From positions 7,004,273 through 7,068,272 of the forward strand of contig NC_057753.1 of NCBI RefSeq assembly GCF_004010195.1: 64,000 nucleotides of DNA. The letters are read 5' to 3'. Positions 1 to 12,989 of this stretch are shown piece after piece. This DNA is from Chiloscyllium plagiosum. Its lineage: Eukaryota. The notes below the pieces were generated by a model, which saw only the letters and a list, made by a program, of their open reading frames with translations, did not search any database and was not told the origin of the DNA. The stretch's first letter is position 1. Every line of letters begins with the position of its first letter. Made by a program: the position numbers and the translations under genes.

Positions 1-140
1 AAAAGGTAATTGGATAAATGCATTGATAGGAAAAAAGTTGAGGTGGAAATGGGCCAAGTGTAGGGAAATGGGTTCAGAGTGGACAGACATTTAGGTTGGC
101 ATGATTCAGTTTTGGCCAGTCTGTGTTGGCAGAAGCGATG
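1..140 (+). mobile_element. 3' end of a degenerate CR1-type LINE
   Basis: Resembles the CR1 3' ends elsewhere in the window and ends in a short-repeat tail (gactctgtgactctttatgac). Confidence 0.55.
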
Positions 141-1357
141 ACTCTGTGACTCTTTATGACCCATTCTACTTACTTCAAAAACAGATTTTGTCTACCAGAT
201 ATTCCCACGCAACAAGAAGAGAAAAACCGAAAATGCTGGAAATTTTCAGGAACAGCTCCGTGTTCTGCAGAAGTGTCACTGCACCCAAATCGTTTGCAGT
301 AATATCTCTACACAGCCCTTCTGAGATTTTCGAGTAGGTTGCATTTCTGTCTCAGACCTTCAGCATTAGCCGTTCTTTGGGTTTCTTTTTATGTCATTTA
401 ATCTAATACAGCTGGCTTGCTATGTCCGGGGATTGCTTCACAATTCTGAATCATTTTCTTTAATTATAAATAGGTTCTCTGTTCATTGCGCAATTCTAAT
501 AATGACGAATATTTGAATTATGAAAATACCAGATCAATTTGCACACATTTTAACATCTCCAATGTTGGAAAACGTGTATGAACAAAAGTGTAGTTAAATG
601 CCTGCAGTGGCTTGTTTCAAAGTAGCAGCAATGCCATTGTCTTAAGGGGCAGGTGTGCAAATCCATGTCTACACTGGAAAAACTAATCAGCAGTGAAATT
701 TGTTTGGCCTATTTTGAAATGAGTACAAATTTCGCTGGAAGTTGGGCCTACCATATTGAACTCTGTAATTACGTTTGCTTTCATTGGATCACATAAGACA
801 ATTCGTTAATTTCCAATCACTTGCAATTGTTAAGTTCCCAAGGCAGTTGGTATTCTCACATAGCAACCAGATGAAATTTAATTTTCGATATGAGAGGATT
901 TTTGTTTGAAATCCACATGCTCCTTTTCGTTTAAAATAAATCAAGTAATAATTTCGAAGGAGATTTCTGAACATTCTTCAATTCATTTCTGAATGTACTC
1001 TACGTTGTTGCATAAATACACATTTATGCTCGAATCCAAACACATGAGCAGACATCCATTCCGTAGGAACATATTCATTGTTTCTGTCATCGCATGATAA
1101 TACACACTTCTTGAGAATCTAATGTCTCCAAAAAAGTCCAAGGACTGTTAACTGTAAGAGAATAAACCGCTTGTTGCTGTGCAGAGTAGACTGATTGACT
1201 TCTTGCAGCCCCTGACCTCTGGATCACTCCGTCTCTCACTGCCTTTTGCTCGGAGTCCCTTGTGTGCTTTACTTGCCAATAAAATGTGTCTCACGATAAA
1301 TGCATTCAAAAAAATGGTGAGAGCATAAGGAAGTAAAACTACTGATGGTGGGTACAT

Positions 1358-1585
1358 GCACATTCTCCCCGTGTCTGCGTGGGTTTCCTCCGGGTGCTCC
1401 GGCTTCCTCCCGCAGTCCAAAACTGTGCAGGTTAGGGTGGATTGGCCGTGCTAAAATTGCCTGTAGTGTTAGATGAAGGGTTAAATGTAGGGGGGTGGAT
1501 TGCTCTTCGGAGGGTCGGTGTGGACTTGTTGGGCCAAAGGGCCTGTTTCTACACTGTAGGTAATCTAATCTAATCTAATCTAATT
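1358..1585 (+). mobile_element. V-SINE/HE1-like SINE, 5' truncated
   Basis: V-SINE-type core gcacattctccccgtgtctgcgtgggtttcctccgggtgctccgg, a CR1-derived 3' end (gggccaaagggcctgtttctacactgt) and a (TAATC)n tail. Confidence 0.85.
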
Positions 1586-2773
1586 TAACTCTACACGACT
1601 ACGCTGGACCTTTTTAATCAGCGGTTTTATACAGCAGCCGCGTTGCACAGTATTAGCTATAGATTCATCTACAAATGAATAGAATGCAGGAACAAACGTT
1701 AAACACGTCAGGACGGAAGATGTTAATATAACTGTAGCTGCAGTTATCCTGCTGCAATACGTTTCTTTAAACTCGTCGCATCAGATTGCTTCAAATTGCT
1801 CGGAAGTTTATGTGACTGAGAACCTTATCAACATATGTGGAGCGGCATAAGAAATGTGTTGGCCATCTGGCAGACGGGTGAGTCAGACACAGATGAATAT
1901 GGAAAGTACTAATGAAATATCAAGTATAATATTACCTTGAAAATTATGGCAAGTAGATCTTCTGCCGCCATGCCCACTGTGTAGAGCAAGGGATATTGGG
2001 AGAGGCCACAATCTGTTCTGGTAGAATCACACTCATCATAATATTCCTTGTAAGGAATAACAAGAGAAGATGAAAGTTACAATGACCCAAACGGAAACAT
2101 CTTATCTATAAAGTCTTACAAATTTTGCCGTCTAAACATGGGTTTTGAGATAGGGTTTTTATTGGGAAGAAGCAGAACAGAAAGTGTTTACTGGAACAAA
2201 AGTAGGGGATGAATGCTCCATTTGTCTACCAGTTTAGGTTTGCTGGAATTTTGCCAGGTGAAAATCATGGGATAACAATTAGTGTTAGAATTATGAAGGT
2301 TAAAGGGGCAGTAAAAAAAATCGTCTTCCCCCTTCCTATCTCAGTTTGCTTGCAGCTGCATAAGGGAGTTGATCTTCAACTGATCAGATACTATTAAATC
2401 TTCGAGAGTCAATATATTGGCGTTCACGGGGCCCAGAACTGAACTGGGCTAAACATGTGCATACTGTCTCTGCATCAGCAGGCATGAGCAAGGGATTCAA
2501 TGGTAAATGACGCATCTTTGATCTCTCCAAAATCTCCCATATAGAAAGTATGATTCGGAAAAGAGACTGTATATTTTTCACTTACCTTCCATACTTAAGC
2601 TCAGCTGTAATTAAATTGGGCAAACTCGAACACCATTCAATGAAGCTGCCTGCTCGTTTGGCATTGAATACAGTGGGGTTCACATTTACTCCCTCCACAC
2701 GCAACACGTGGACTCACCAGTTTCTACAATCGACAAGTCGCACTGTTATAACTTACCAATTCTACTTCGGTAG

Positions 2774-3503
2774 CATTCTGAAGTCACAGGATCTCTGCCA
2801 CCCAATTAGACAAGGGCAACAGTGAGGTGGAAGAAGCACTGCCCGAAATCTTTCCCCTCCTGCCCGAAGGAAAACATTGTTCTGACTGAGAACTGAATTT
2901 CTATTCCTTTATACGTTGCTCTTTCAGTATCTAGGAGCTCACGTTCCTACAGGTGATCAAAAGAGTAAATTACAAGATAAATCGAACTTCATCATCGTTA
3001 ACAGTATCAACGAGGTGTATGCAGACCGCTTGGGTATAACTCAAATTTTCACAAATTCCACAACTTTTTCTGTATGTCCAATAATATGGCACAGTTATAT
3101 CCAAGTCTATTGTCAGTCAGCTGAAGGAGTGGTCGGATGTGTTCTGGAGCAAAGGTAGCTCTGGAAAGCATGATGTTTTCCTTAGATATATATGACGTTT
3201 GTTATGTTTCAAAGAATGTGTAGTTAAGGTGGATGCAGATACAATGAAGTAGCACGTCTTAATAATAAAAGTAAAAGATTTTTAATGAAATCCTTATCAA
3301 TAAGGATTTAATAATACATTCTTATTTAATAATACATTCTGAAGTCCCAGGATCTCTGTCACCCAACTAGACAAGGGCAACAGTGACGTGGGAGAAGCAC
3401 TGCCTGAAATCCTTCCCCTCTCCCCTCAAGGAAAACATTATTCTGAGAACTGAATTTTTAAATTCCTTATACGTTGCTGTTTCAAAACCCTGGAGTTCAC
3501 ATT
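2774..3503 (+). repeat. ~170-bp imperfect direct repeat (2774-2945 and 3335-3503)
   Basis: Both copies start cattctgaagtc(a/c)caggatctctg and align through to ggag(c/t)tcac(g/a)tt. Confidence 0.85.
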
Positions 3504-3529
3504 ACGTTAAAAGTTAATTTAAAAAGCAG

Positions 3530-6500
3530 TTATGGCTGGACAGGTTATGTGCTGTAGCTGATGATGTGGGAGTGGGCTGATCCCGTTGTGAACAGCAGTG
3601 ACCACATCTGCAGCAAGTGTTGGCTGCTGGAAGCACTGCAGATCAGAATTGATTCTCTAGAATCTGAGCTTCAAACTCTGCTGCACATCCAGGAGGGAGA
3701 GCGTTACCTGTACACTTTGTTCCGGGAGGCATTCACATCCGGTAGATTAAGTAATTCAAATTCAGTGAGTGTTCAGGGAGAACTAGGTGTGACTCTCGAT
3801 GAGGCAGGAAGGGGGATTCTGATTTCAGGAGTGCTGGAGTCTCAGCTCTAGACTTTGTCCAACAGGTATGAGATTCTTGCTCCCTGTATGGATGAGTGAA
3901 AGGGCTGTGGACAGGATCAGCCGACTGATCACGGCACCATGGTGTAGAAGGTCATTCAAGGGGGGAGGGGTAGCAAAAGTTGTTATAGGGCATTCTATAA
4001 TTAGAGATCAGATAGTGTCCAATGCAAGCCGGATTTGGAGTCCAGCATGATGTGTTGCCTGCCCGGTGCCAGGGTGCAGGACATCTCTGGCCCGCTTGAA
4101 AGGATATTGGAGCGGGAAAATAAGGATCCAGTTGTTGTGGTCCACGATGCGACTAACACCATAGGCAAAGTTAGCGTGGCGGATCTATATGGGGATTAAG
4201 AAGTACTAGAAACGAAATTGACCTGTAGGTCTTCAAGGGTCCTAATCTCCGCATTACTGCCGAAGCTACGTGCCAATTGGAATAGGGATAAGAAAGATAA
4301 GGAAGTAAACACATGGCTAAGGGATTGGTGTGTGAAAGAGGGATTCCATTTCATGGGGAATTGGCATCAGTTTTGGAACCTGGGGCTTCTGCACCGTTGG
4401 CACATCTCCACCTGAACTAACCTGGAACCAGTGTTCTAGCGAAAAGGATACAAAGAGTGGTCAGGAGGACTTTAAACCTCTGAGTCGGGTGGCGCGGGGA
4501 GGAATGGAAAGCAAAAGCGATGGGGAGTATGGAGTTAAATGGAAAGATATGCAGTAGGATAGCATTTGTGCAGGTGAGTTCAAACTCAAGGCAGACTAGG
4601 AATACAGCAAAAAGAACTGATAACTTATGACATCTTATGATTTACAATATCTCTAATAATGACAAGAAATTTAGCATTAAAGCATTTTACCTGCATGTTC
4701 ATAGTATTCGTAACAAAGGAGATGAATTAATGGCACAAATCATCGTGAATGTTTATGATGTGATCAGAATCACAGAGACGTGGTTGCAGGAGTTTCAGGT
4801 CTGGCAGTTAAACATCCAATGCTTTACAACTTATCGAAAAGACAGGGAGGTGAACAGAGGGGGCGAGGTTGCCTTGTCAGTTAAGATAGAAATCAAACCA
4901 ATGGCAATGAATGACATATAGCCAGATGATGTGGAGTCTGTGGAGGTCGAGTTGAGGAACCACAAAGGCAAGTAAATTACGTAATGGGAGTTATGTACAG
5001 ACCTCCTAACAGTGGTGAGGATCAGAGGGGCAAGATGTACTAGGAACTAGATAGAGTATGTCAGAAAAGTAAGGTCACGGTGATTATGAGTTACTTCAGT
5101 ATGCAGGTGGACTGTGTGAATAATGTTGCTGGTGGATCCAAAGAAAATGAATTAATGGAAAGCTTTTTGGAACAGCTTGTGATGGAGCCCACAAGGGAGT
5201 AGGCTATACTGGACTTAGTGTGTTGTAATGAGTTAGACTTTATAAAAGATTCTAATGTAGGGAATACTTCGGACGCAGCCACCATAATATGGTAGAGTTC
5301 AGTCTGCAGTTTGAAAGAAAGAAGGCAACATCGGATGCAATGGTGTTACACTTAAATAAGGTAACTACAGGGGCATGAGAGAGGAACTGACGAAAATCGA
5401 GTGGAAGCAGAGCCTAGCGAGGAAGATAATACAGCAACAGTGGCAGGAGATTCTGGGTGTAATTGAGGACACAGTACAGAGGTTCAATCCAAAGAAAAGA
5501 AATATTATCAGAGGGGGGTGCATTAGAGAGCCATGGTCGACAAAGGAAGTCAGGGAATGTATCAAAGAAAACGATAGAGCCAAAAAAGTGACCAAGAGCA
5601 CTGGGAAATCAGAAGCTTGGGAAAACTACAAAAAACCAAAAAGAAGGTTACAAAGGGAGAAATAGGGAAGGAAAGAATCAAATATGAAGATAAGTTAGCC
5701 AGTAATATTAGGGACAATATTAAAAGTTTCTTTCCATGCATAAGAGGCAAAAGTGGATATTGGGCCACTCCTAATTGATGCTGGAAGGCTAGTGATGGGA
5801 ATGAAGGAATTAGCTGAAGAACCTAAGAAGCACTTTGTGTCAGTCTTTACAGTCTTTACAGCAGAAGACATGTGTAATATCCCAACAATTAAGGAGAATC
5901 ACGGCAGGGTTTAATATGGTAGCCATTACAAAAGAGAAAACCAAAATGTCAAAAAATTGATAAATTTCCTGGCCCTGATTGTCGACATCCTAGAGTTCTG
6001 AGGTAGATCATAAGACCATAAGACCATAAGACATAGGAGTGGAAGTAAGGCCATTCGGCCCATCGAGTCCACTCCGCCATTCAATCATGGCTGATGCGCA
6101 TTTCAGCTCCACTTACCAGCGTTCTCCCCGGAGCCCTTAATTCCTCTAGACAACAAGAATCTATCAATCTCGGCCTTGAAGACATTTAGCGTCCCGGCTT
6201 CCACTGCACTCCGTGGCAATGAATTCCACAGGCCCACCACTCTCTGGCTGAAGAAATGTCTCTGCATTTCTGATCTGAATTGACCCCCTCTAATTCTAAG
6301 GCTGTGTCCACGGGTCCTAGTCTCCTCGTTTAACTGAAACAATTTCCTAGCATCCACCTTTTCCAAGCCATGTATTATTTTGTGCGTCTCTATTAAGTCT
6401 CCCCTTAATCTTCTAAACTCCAACGAGTACAATCCCAGTATCCTCAGCCGTTCCTCATATGTTAGACCTGACATTCCTGGGATCATCCGTGTGAATCTCC

Positions 6501-8548
6501 GCTGGACACGTTCCAGTGCCAGTATGTCCTTCCTGAGGTGTGGGGACCAAAACTGGACACAGTACTCCAAATGGGGCCTAACCAGAGCTTTATAAAGTCT
6601 TAGTAGTACATCTCTGCTTTTATATTCCAACCCTCTTGAGATAAGAGACAACATTGCATTCGCTTTCTTAATCACGGACTCAACCTGCATGTTTACCTTT
6701 AGAGAATCCTCGACTAGAACTCCCAGATCCATTTGTGCTTTGGCTTTATTAATTTTCTCACCATTTAGAAAGTAGTCTATGCTTTTATTCTTTTTGCCAA
6801 AGTGCAAGACGGCGCACATGCTCACGTTAAATTCCATCAGCCATTTCCTGGACCACTCTCCCAACCTGTCTAGATCCTTCTGTAGCCTCCCCACTTCCTC
6901 AGTACTACCTGCCTGTCCACCTAACTTCGTATCATCGGCAAACTTCGCTAGAATGCCCCCGGTTCCCTCATCCAAATCATTAATATATAATGCGAACAGC
7001 TGTGGCCCCAGCACCGAACCCTGCGGGACACCGCTCGTCACCGGCTGGCATTCTGAAAAAGAACCTTTTATCCCAACTCTCTGCCTTCTGAAAAAGAACC
7101 TTTTATCCCAACTCTCTGCCTAGATGGCTTAGGAAATAGCGAGGTGCTGGTTGTGGTATTTCAAAAGTCACTGGAGTCAGGTAAAGTCCCAGATGTTGGA
7201 AAATCTTGTTCAAAAAAAGGATTAAGACAAAAGATTGTGGGCCAATTAGCCTAACCTCGGTTGTTGGTAAAATTCTAGAATCCATCGTTGAAGATGAGAT
7301 TTCTAAATTTTTGGAAATGCAGGAACGGATTAGAACAAGTCAGCATGGACTTAGGAAGGGGAGGTCGTGCCTGACAAATCTGTTAGAATTATTCGAAGAA
7401 TTAAAAAGTAGATTAGACACAGGAAATCCAGTGGATATTATCTATCTAGACTTCCAAAAGGCCTTTGATAGGTTGCCTCACGGGAGGCTGCTGAGTAGGT
7501 GAGGGCCCCTGGTGAGGTGAGCTATTGGCATGGATGGAGGATTGGCTGATTGACAGAAGGTAGAGAGTTGGGATAAAAGGTAGTTTATCGGAATGACAGC
7601 CAGTGACAAGTGGTGTCCTGCAGGGTTCAGTGTTGGAGCCACAGCTGTTCACTTTTATGTTAATAATCTGGGTGAATGGACTGGGGGCATTCTGGCGAAG
7701 TGAGGTGGACTGACAGTTAGTGCAGAGTAGGTGGGGAGACTGCAGAAAGATTTAGATAGTATAGGAGAATGTTACAGGAAATATCTGATGAAATCCAACA
7801 TGAGAAATCGCGAGGTCTTGCACTTTGGAATAAAAATATTTTCTAAACGGTGAGTAAATTGATAAAGACGAAGTACAAAGGAATCTGAGAGCGCAAGGTT
7901 TCATTCTCTAAACGTTAACTAGCAGGTTGTGTCCGTGCTTAAGAAAGTGAATGGAATATTGTCAATTATCTCAAGAGGGTTGGAATATAGAAGCAGCAAT
8001 GTGCTTCTGAAACTTTATAAAGCTTTAGTTAGGCCTAAATTAAAATACCGTGTCCAATTTTGCACCCAACACCTCGGGAAGGACATATTAGCAGAGGAGC
8101 ATATCCAGTGGAGATTCAATGGATGATCGCTGGAACGTTAGGACTAACATACTATGAATGGCTGAGGGTCCTGTGATTGTATTCATTAGTGTTTAGAAGC
8201 TTGAGGGGCGATCTCATAGAAACTTACAAGATAATATATGGCATAGAAAAGCTAACGGTGGGGTGACTAGCCTTGGAAGTAGAAGAGGTCAATTTAGAAT
8301 GGAAATGAGGAGACATTTCTTCAGCCAGAGAATGGTGGTCTTCTGGAATTCATTACCACGGAGAGCAGAGAAGGCCGGGACGTCAAATGTCTTCAAGGCA
8401 GAGATTGATAAATTATTGATCTTGCAAGGAATTAAAAGCTAAGGAGAGAGTGCATGTAAGTGGAATTGAAATACCCATCAACTATGATTAAATGGCAGAG
8501 TGGACTCGATGGGCCTAATGGCCTTACTTCCACTATTACGTCTTATGA
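3530..8548 (+). mobile_element. Near full-length degenerate CR1 LINE (ORF1 with SGNH/esterase-like domain, ORF2 endonuclease + RT), interrupted by a nested insertion at 6009-7120
   Basis: ORF1 remnants ICSKCWLL and CCLPGARVQDI; endonuclease remnant ITETWL...YRKDR...GGEVAL; RT remnants PISLTSVVGKILES, QHGLRKGRSCLTNL, YLDFQKAFD and SGVLQGSVL. Many stops and frameshifts. 3' tail gggcctaatggccttacttcc. Confidence 0.9.
6009..7120 (-). mobile_element. Young 5'-truncated CR1 LINE, antisense, nested in the older CR1
   Basis: Uninterrupted 312-aa ORF at 6103-7041 with GVPQGSVLGP, FADD and LVRPHLEYC; (GTCTTATG)n tail; candidate 5-bp TSD TAGAT at 6004-6008 and 7121-7125. Confidence 0.95.
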
Positions 8549-8799
8549 ACATACGATCTAACTAAACCAGTTCAGAATGAGCAGAAGGAATAGCTGATTT
8601 TGAAATGTGTAATAAATTTTACAAAGATAGCCTGGTGCACCTCATAGAATATAAATTCCCTCTCGTGAGCTGATAATATAGATTAATCAGAAGCCGTTGG
8701 CTGACAGAGGAGAACAAGAGCGGCAGACGTCTTCTTCATGCTGAGAGTTGACTCTGAACGTGGTGAACTTCACTTGAGTGAAGGTAATTGCTTATTGTC

Positions 8800-10130
8800 A
8801 CATAAGACGTAACCTGAACAGACAGATAGCAGAGCATCTCACAGCAAAACCCCAAATACAAAGCCAAGCCAAAGTGAATGAGTGAACTATTTCTTCAGGA
8901 ACTGGATTAGCAACCCGTTGCAGTTGCTGCTGGTAAGTGGACTCGAGACAGCAAAAGAGTCCCATGAGATCTAAGTTGAATGAGAAAACTCATCGGCCTG
9001 GTATCCAGGAATCACATTCTCGCAAGTCCACTGGCATTTAGATTGCAGCACTTAAATTACTTAGCAACAATCAAATCAGAACCAATCAAAATATACGTCT
9101 TTGTAAATGTTCACCCAGTTGTAATAGAAGGCGACAATTATGCGGTTGTTACAGTAAGGGCAGCAAAGAAAATTCACTCTGGACTCACTCTTGTGTTTGT
9201 GCAAGACCTCTCCTAGGCTGAGAACTTAAACAGGGGACCCTTTACAGATTAAGGGACAACTTCGATTCCAATCTATTGTGAAAACCAGCTGGTTCAGTGA
9301 CTTCTGATCGTAGTAAAAGGCTCGTGCCCAAGCTTCATGGGGTGATATCGGTTGAGACCAATTCACCTGGATTGTCTCAACACTTTTCAATTAGAAAATT
9401 GTATGTCTGAGTAAACTCTATTTAAACATCTGGAACTTTTTCAGGAGGTCCAGGGTCTATCAAATGAAGGAAAACTAACTTGAGCGTTGACCATGAAGCA
9501 ATTCCACCATTCTGCTCGAGCTACCCAGTATCAATTGCTTTCTGGGAAAATTTTGAAGTAGAAATCAGAATGCTGGAAATGGAGAGAATCATGAAATAAG
9601 GACAGATTTTACAATAGTCAGCATCAGTCAGAAGCGCAACGGGTCGGTTCTCCTTTGTAGGATTTTAAACAAACAGTGAACTTCTTTTCACAGCTCGCTA
9701 CGTATCCAATCACCCGCATTGTGAAATTATATGCAAAGCTGGTAGGGGACCTCTCCTTCACGAAGATGGGCATGGGTTATGCAAACTTTCCATTGTGGTT
9801 TGATGAGGTTTTCCAGACAAAAAATGTTTTGATAAATATCAAACGGTTTGTCGCAATAAATAACGATTTCTTTCATTGTATAGTCAACCTGTGCATTTTT
9901 TCAGCTGAAGATCGAAAAAAATTTAAAAGGTCTACCTTGGGTTGCCATTTATGTAGACGATGCATGAAGCATGAGGACAATTAATATGGAGATCTTGGAG
10001 AACTTGAACATAGTCCTTAGACGTTTACAACAGGTATGTATATGCCTTACAATACAGTCCGGGACGCCAAGTAACAAAATTGTCTCTGATAATTTGAAAT
10101 AAAATAGGGTATTGATATTATAAATGACAG
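8800..10130 (+). mobile_element. Degenerate Ty3/Gypsy LTR-retrotransposon pol relic (protease + RT)
   Basis: Protease-like KSEPIKIYVFVNVHPVVIEGDNYA at ~9070-9145; RT remnants DFKQTVN..SQLATYPITRI..LYAKL.G..SFTK and LKGLPWVAIYVDD (YVDD at 9950-9961), then ENLNIVLRRL. Frameshifted; boundaries approximate. Confidence 0.75.
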
Positions 10131-11030
10131 AAGCCTGCATTCTCTTGATATTGGATAGTGAATCAATGGAAGTGACTCATACCGATTCGAAACCATGGTT
10201 TAGATTAGCATGAAGCTCCGAACACTAATCTCCATCAGAAATTTACGCTTGTGTTTCCCCACATAATATCATGCCATTGATCTTTAAATTTAAACAATAG
10301 AACGATTAGAGCGACAGTTGGAAATGATATTGAAATAGAATTGTTGATCCCTGTTTCCTGAACACAGAAAAACAGCGAGACTTTACTCACAACCTCAGAT
10401 CAGCTGATGAACGGAAATGCGGAGTGAGCATCGCAGATTGCAGCACATCAATCATGAACTGAATCGAATTTCAAAGACAAGGGAAATGAAAAACAAATCT
10501 GGACATCCAACAGCAGGAGGATAACCAGAAAAGTGGCAAAACAGCAGGAGCTCAATTGATGAAGGACAGGAGACAAGACAGCAGGAGTCTCATCAACGAA
10601 GGAAAAAGGGAAAGTGAGCAGTCGTACAGATAATCAAGGATATGGGCCAAGATAGCACCATTCTTAATGTCGAATGGCAAGTGGCAAGACAGCAGAAATC
10701 TTATTAATAATTGGTTTCATTTAGTGAATGTAGTGGTTGAAAGGTGAATGAAATATTGCCACATATCCAGTGAAAACTTGTTGCTGACGGGATTCTCAAG
10801 GCATGGCATTGCTGGGTACAGCCAACAGATAGGACAACATCTGTAGAAAGATAACAAGAATTTCCATAAATCTCTATGTGCTTTTTTCAGGATTCAGATC
10901 ATATTTTCCATCCAGTTATGACTGACAGTAAAGTGTGAATGCATTTGTATTTCTCTCTTTATAGATAAAACGAGATTGCTTCTGCGAATTGAACTGGTCA
11001 TTTTTCATCTGAAGCGAACATATAACTGCA

Positions 11031-11476
11031 ATGGATGTGGAGGATCTGAGCTCCAGGGAGAGGCTGAACAGGCTGAGGCTGTTTTCCCTGGAGCATCGGA
11101 GGCTGAGGGGTGACCTTATAGAGGTTTACAAAATTATGAGGGGCATGGATAGGATAAATAGGCAAAGTCTTTTCCCTGTGTTCGGGGAGTGCAGAACTAG
11201 AGGGCATAGTTTTAGGTGAGGGGAAAGATATAAAAGAGACCTAAGGGGCAACGTTTTCACGCAGAGGAATGAGCTGCCAGAGGATGTGGTGGCGGCGTGT
11301 ACAATTGCAACATTTAAGAGGCATTTGGATGGGTATATGAATAGGAAGTGTTTGGAGGGATATGGGCCGGGTGCTAGCAGGTGGGACTAGATTGGGTTGG
11401 GATATGTGGTGGGCATGGACGGTTTGGACCGAAGGGTCTGTTTCCATGTTGTACATTTCTATGACTCCATGACTCT
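11031..11476 (+). mobile_element. CR1 LINE 3' fragment
   Basis: Translates as ERLNRLRLFSLEHRRLRGDLIEVYKIM...RTRGH; ends in an atgactccatgactct tail. Confidence 0.9.
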
Positions 11477-11550
11477 AAGCACAGTGAAGCATGTCACTGA
11501 TCAAAATGATGTCACTCAAAGACAAACACTCCAGGTTTGGATGAGGAGAG

Positions 11551-11554
<4 letters not shown>

Positions 11555-11605
<51 letters not shown>
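11555..11605. repeat. (GA)n microsatellite
   Basis: Direct reading of the sequence. Confidence 0.95.
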
Positions 11606-12989
11606 CAGAAACATACAGACAGACAGGAAGTGCGAGAAAGAGAGAAAATCCAGTGCCAGAGAGAGGCATTTCAATCTCCATTTCTGCATTATTTATCGAC
11701 CTAAATGATAATCATACATGCCATAAGGAGTTTTGAAGTGGTGCATTCAAGCGGTTCTGTGCAATAATGTTGAAAAAGGGAATTGGTAAAAAAAATCTAT
11801 CAGCCATATTATTTAAAGTCCCATTGCATGAACGAATAAATAATAATATATTGAATTACCGTGAACACGAAACTCTTCCAGAATGGGCCCTTTATCTGGA
11901 GGATTGTCTCTCGTAACATTCTTCTCTACCATTAAAACATGAATTCATTCCTGACCAATGTTCCAAGTGAAGGACATCTCATGCCCATCAGCGACTACCC
12001 TTTATGCATCACACAGTGCCTTGCTGAGAAAAGTTGTTTTCATGATACTGAACCTCACTTACACTCACTGAACGAATAGCGGTACGTTTTCTACTTGCAC
12101 GCCATCTCCTGGGAACAGGATCAAAGAATAGTTATAGTGGAGAAGGAGAGAATTTGTTTGCACTGGCGTTATTACCAAGTACAAATTTGCCAATTTTCCA
12201 CATATCCGTTCACACTTCTGGTTCTTTCTATAGGACTTCAATTGAAACTGCATGCACTATATTTCGAAGGTGTGCATTCCTCAACAGAACTACCAGAAAA
12301 GCCATATTAACATTCCACGTTTTCTTTTTACATATCATATCAAATTTATGCTTCCTCAGCCTTTGCTCCCTTTACATCTCCATCATGATTTGGAACGCTT
12401 GTGTCAAAATTTCCTTCCAGCCTTCCTCTCTCCAAAGTGAACAGTCTCAACTTATTTAATTTATCCTCATAACTGAAGCAAACCGTATAGCTTAGGTCGT
12501 GAAGTACGATTCTTTCATGTGTGGTTTTCCTCAGATGCAACAGAGCACGTCTATATTTTTAGGATTGCGGGAATATTCTTTTGTAAAAGAACAAAAACAG
12601 AGAGCGACAGCAAAGATTTGGTAGGACAGGTAGCACTGCATCTGTACAAAAAGAAACAGAATTCAGGGTCATTAGATTTGCAATCTTAACGTTTCAACTT
12701 TCTCTCTCCACGACCTCGCCACACCTCATGAGGTTCTGCAGCACTATCTTTCGTTTTGGTTGCTTCAGATCTCCAGAATTCAGAGTTTTGATTTATTTTA
12801 TGTCAGTTGCGATAATTATATTCAGTCTGGATACAGACTTAAAGAGAAAATCAGCAATTACTTAACGTGAGGTTTGCATAAAGCAAGTCACTTCCATCGA
12901 GGTGTATGGGATGTGGAATGCAATGAGTTTTCTGGAGAATTGCTTTGAGGTGCACCTCAACAAACGGATCATCACACTACAGAGTTATT

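Noticed and set aside
2953..3014. Possible isolated exon (cctacag|GTGATC...GAG|gtgtat)
   Set aside because: Weak donor, no partner exons and no recognisable peptide.
11397..11708. ER-rich ORF
   Set aside because: Translation of a LINE tail plus a (GA)n microsatellite.
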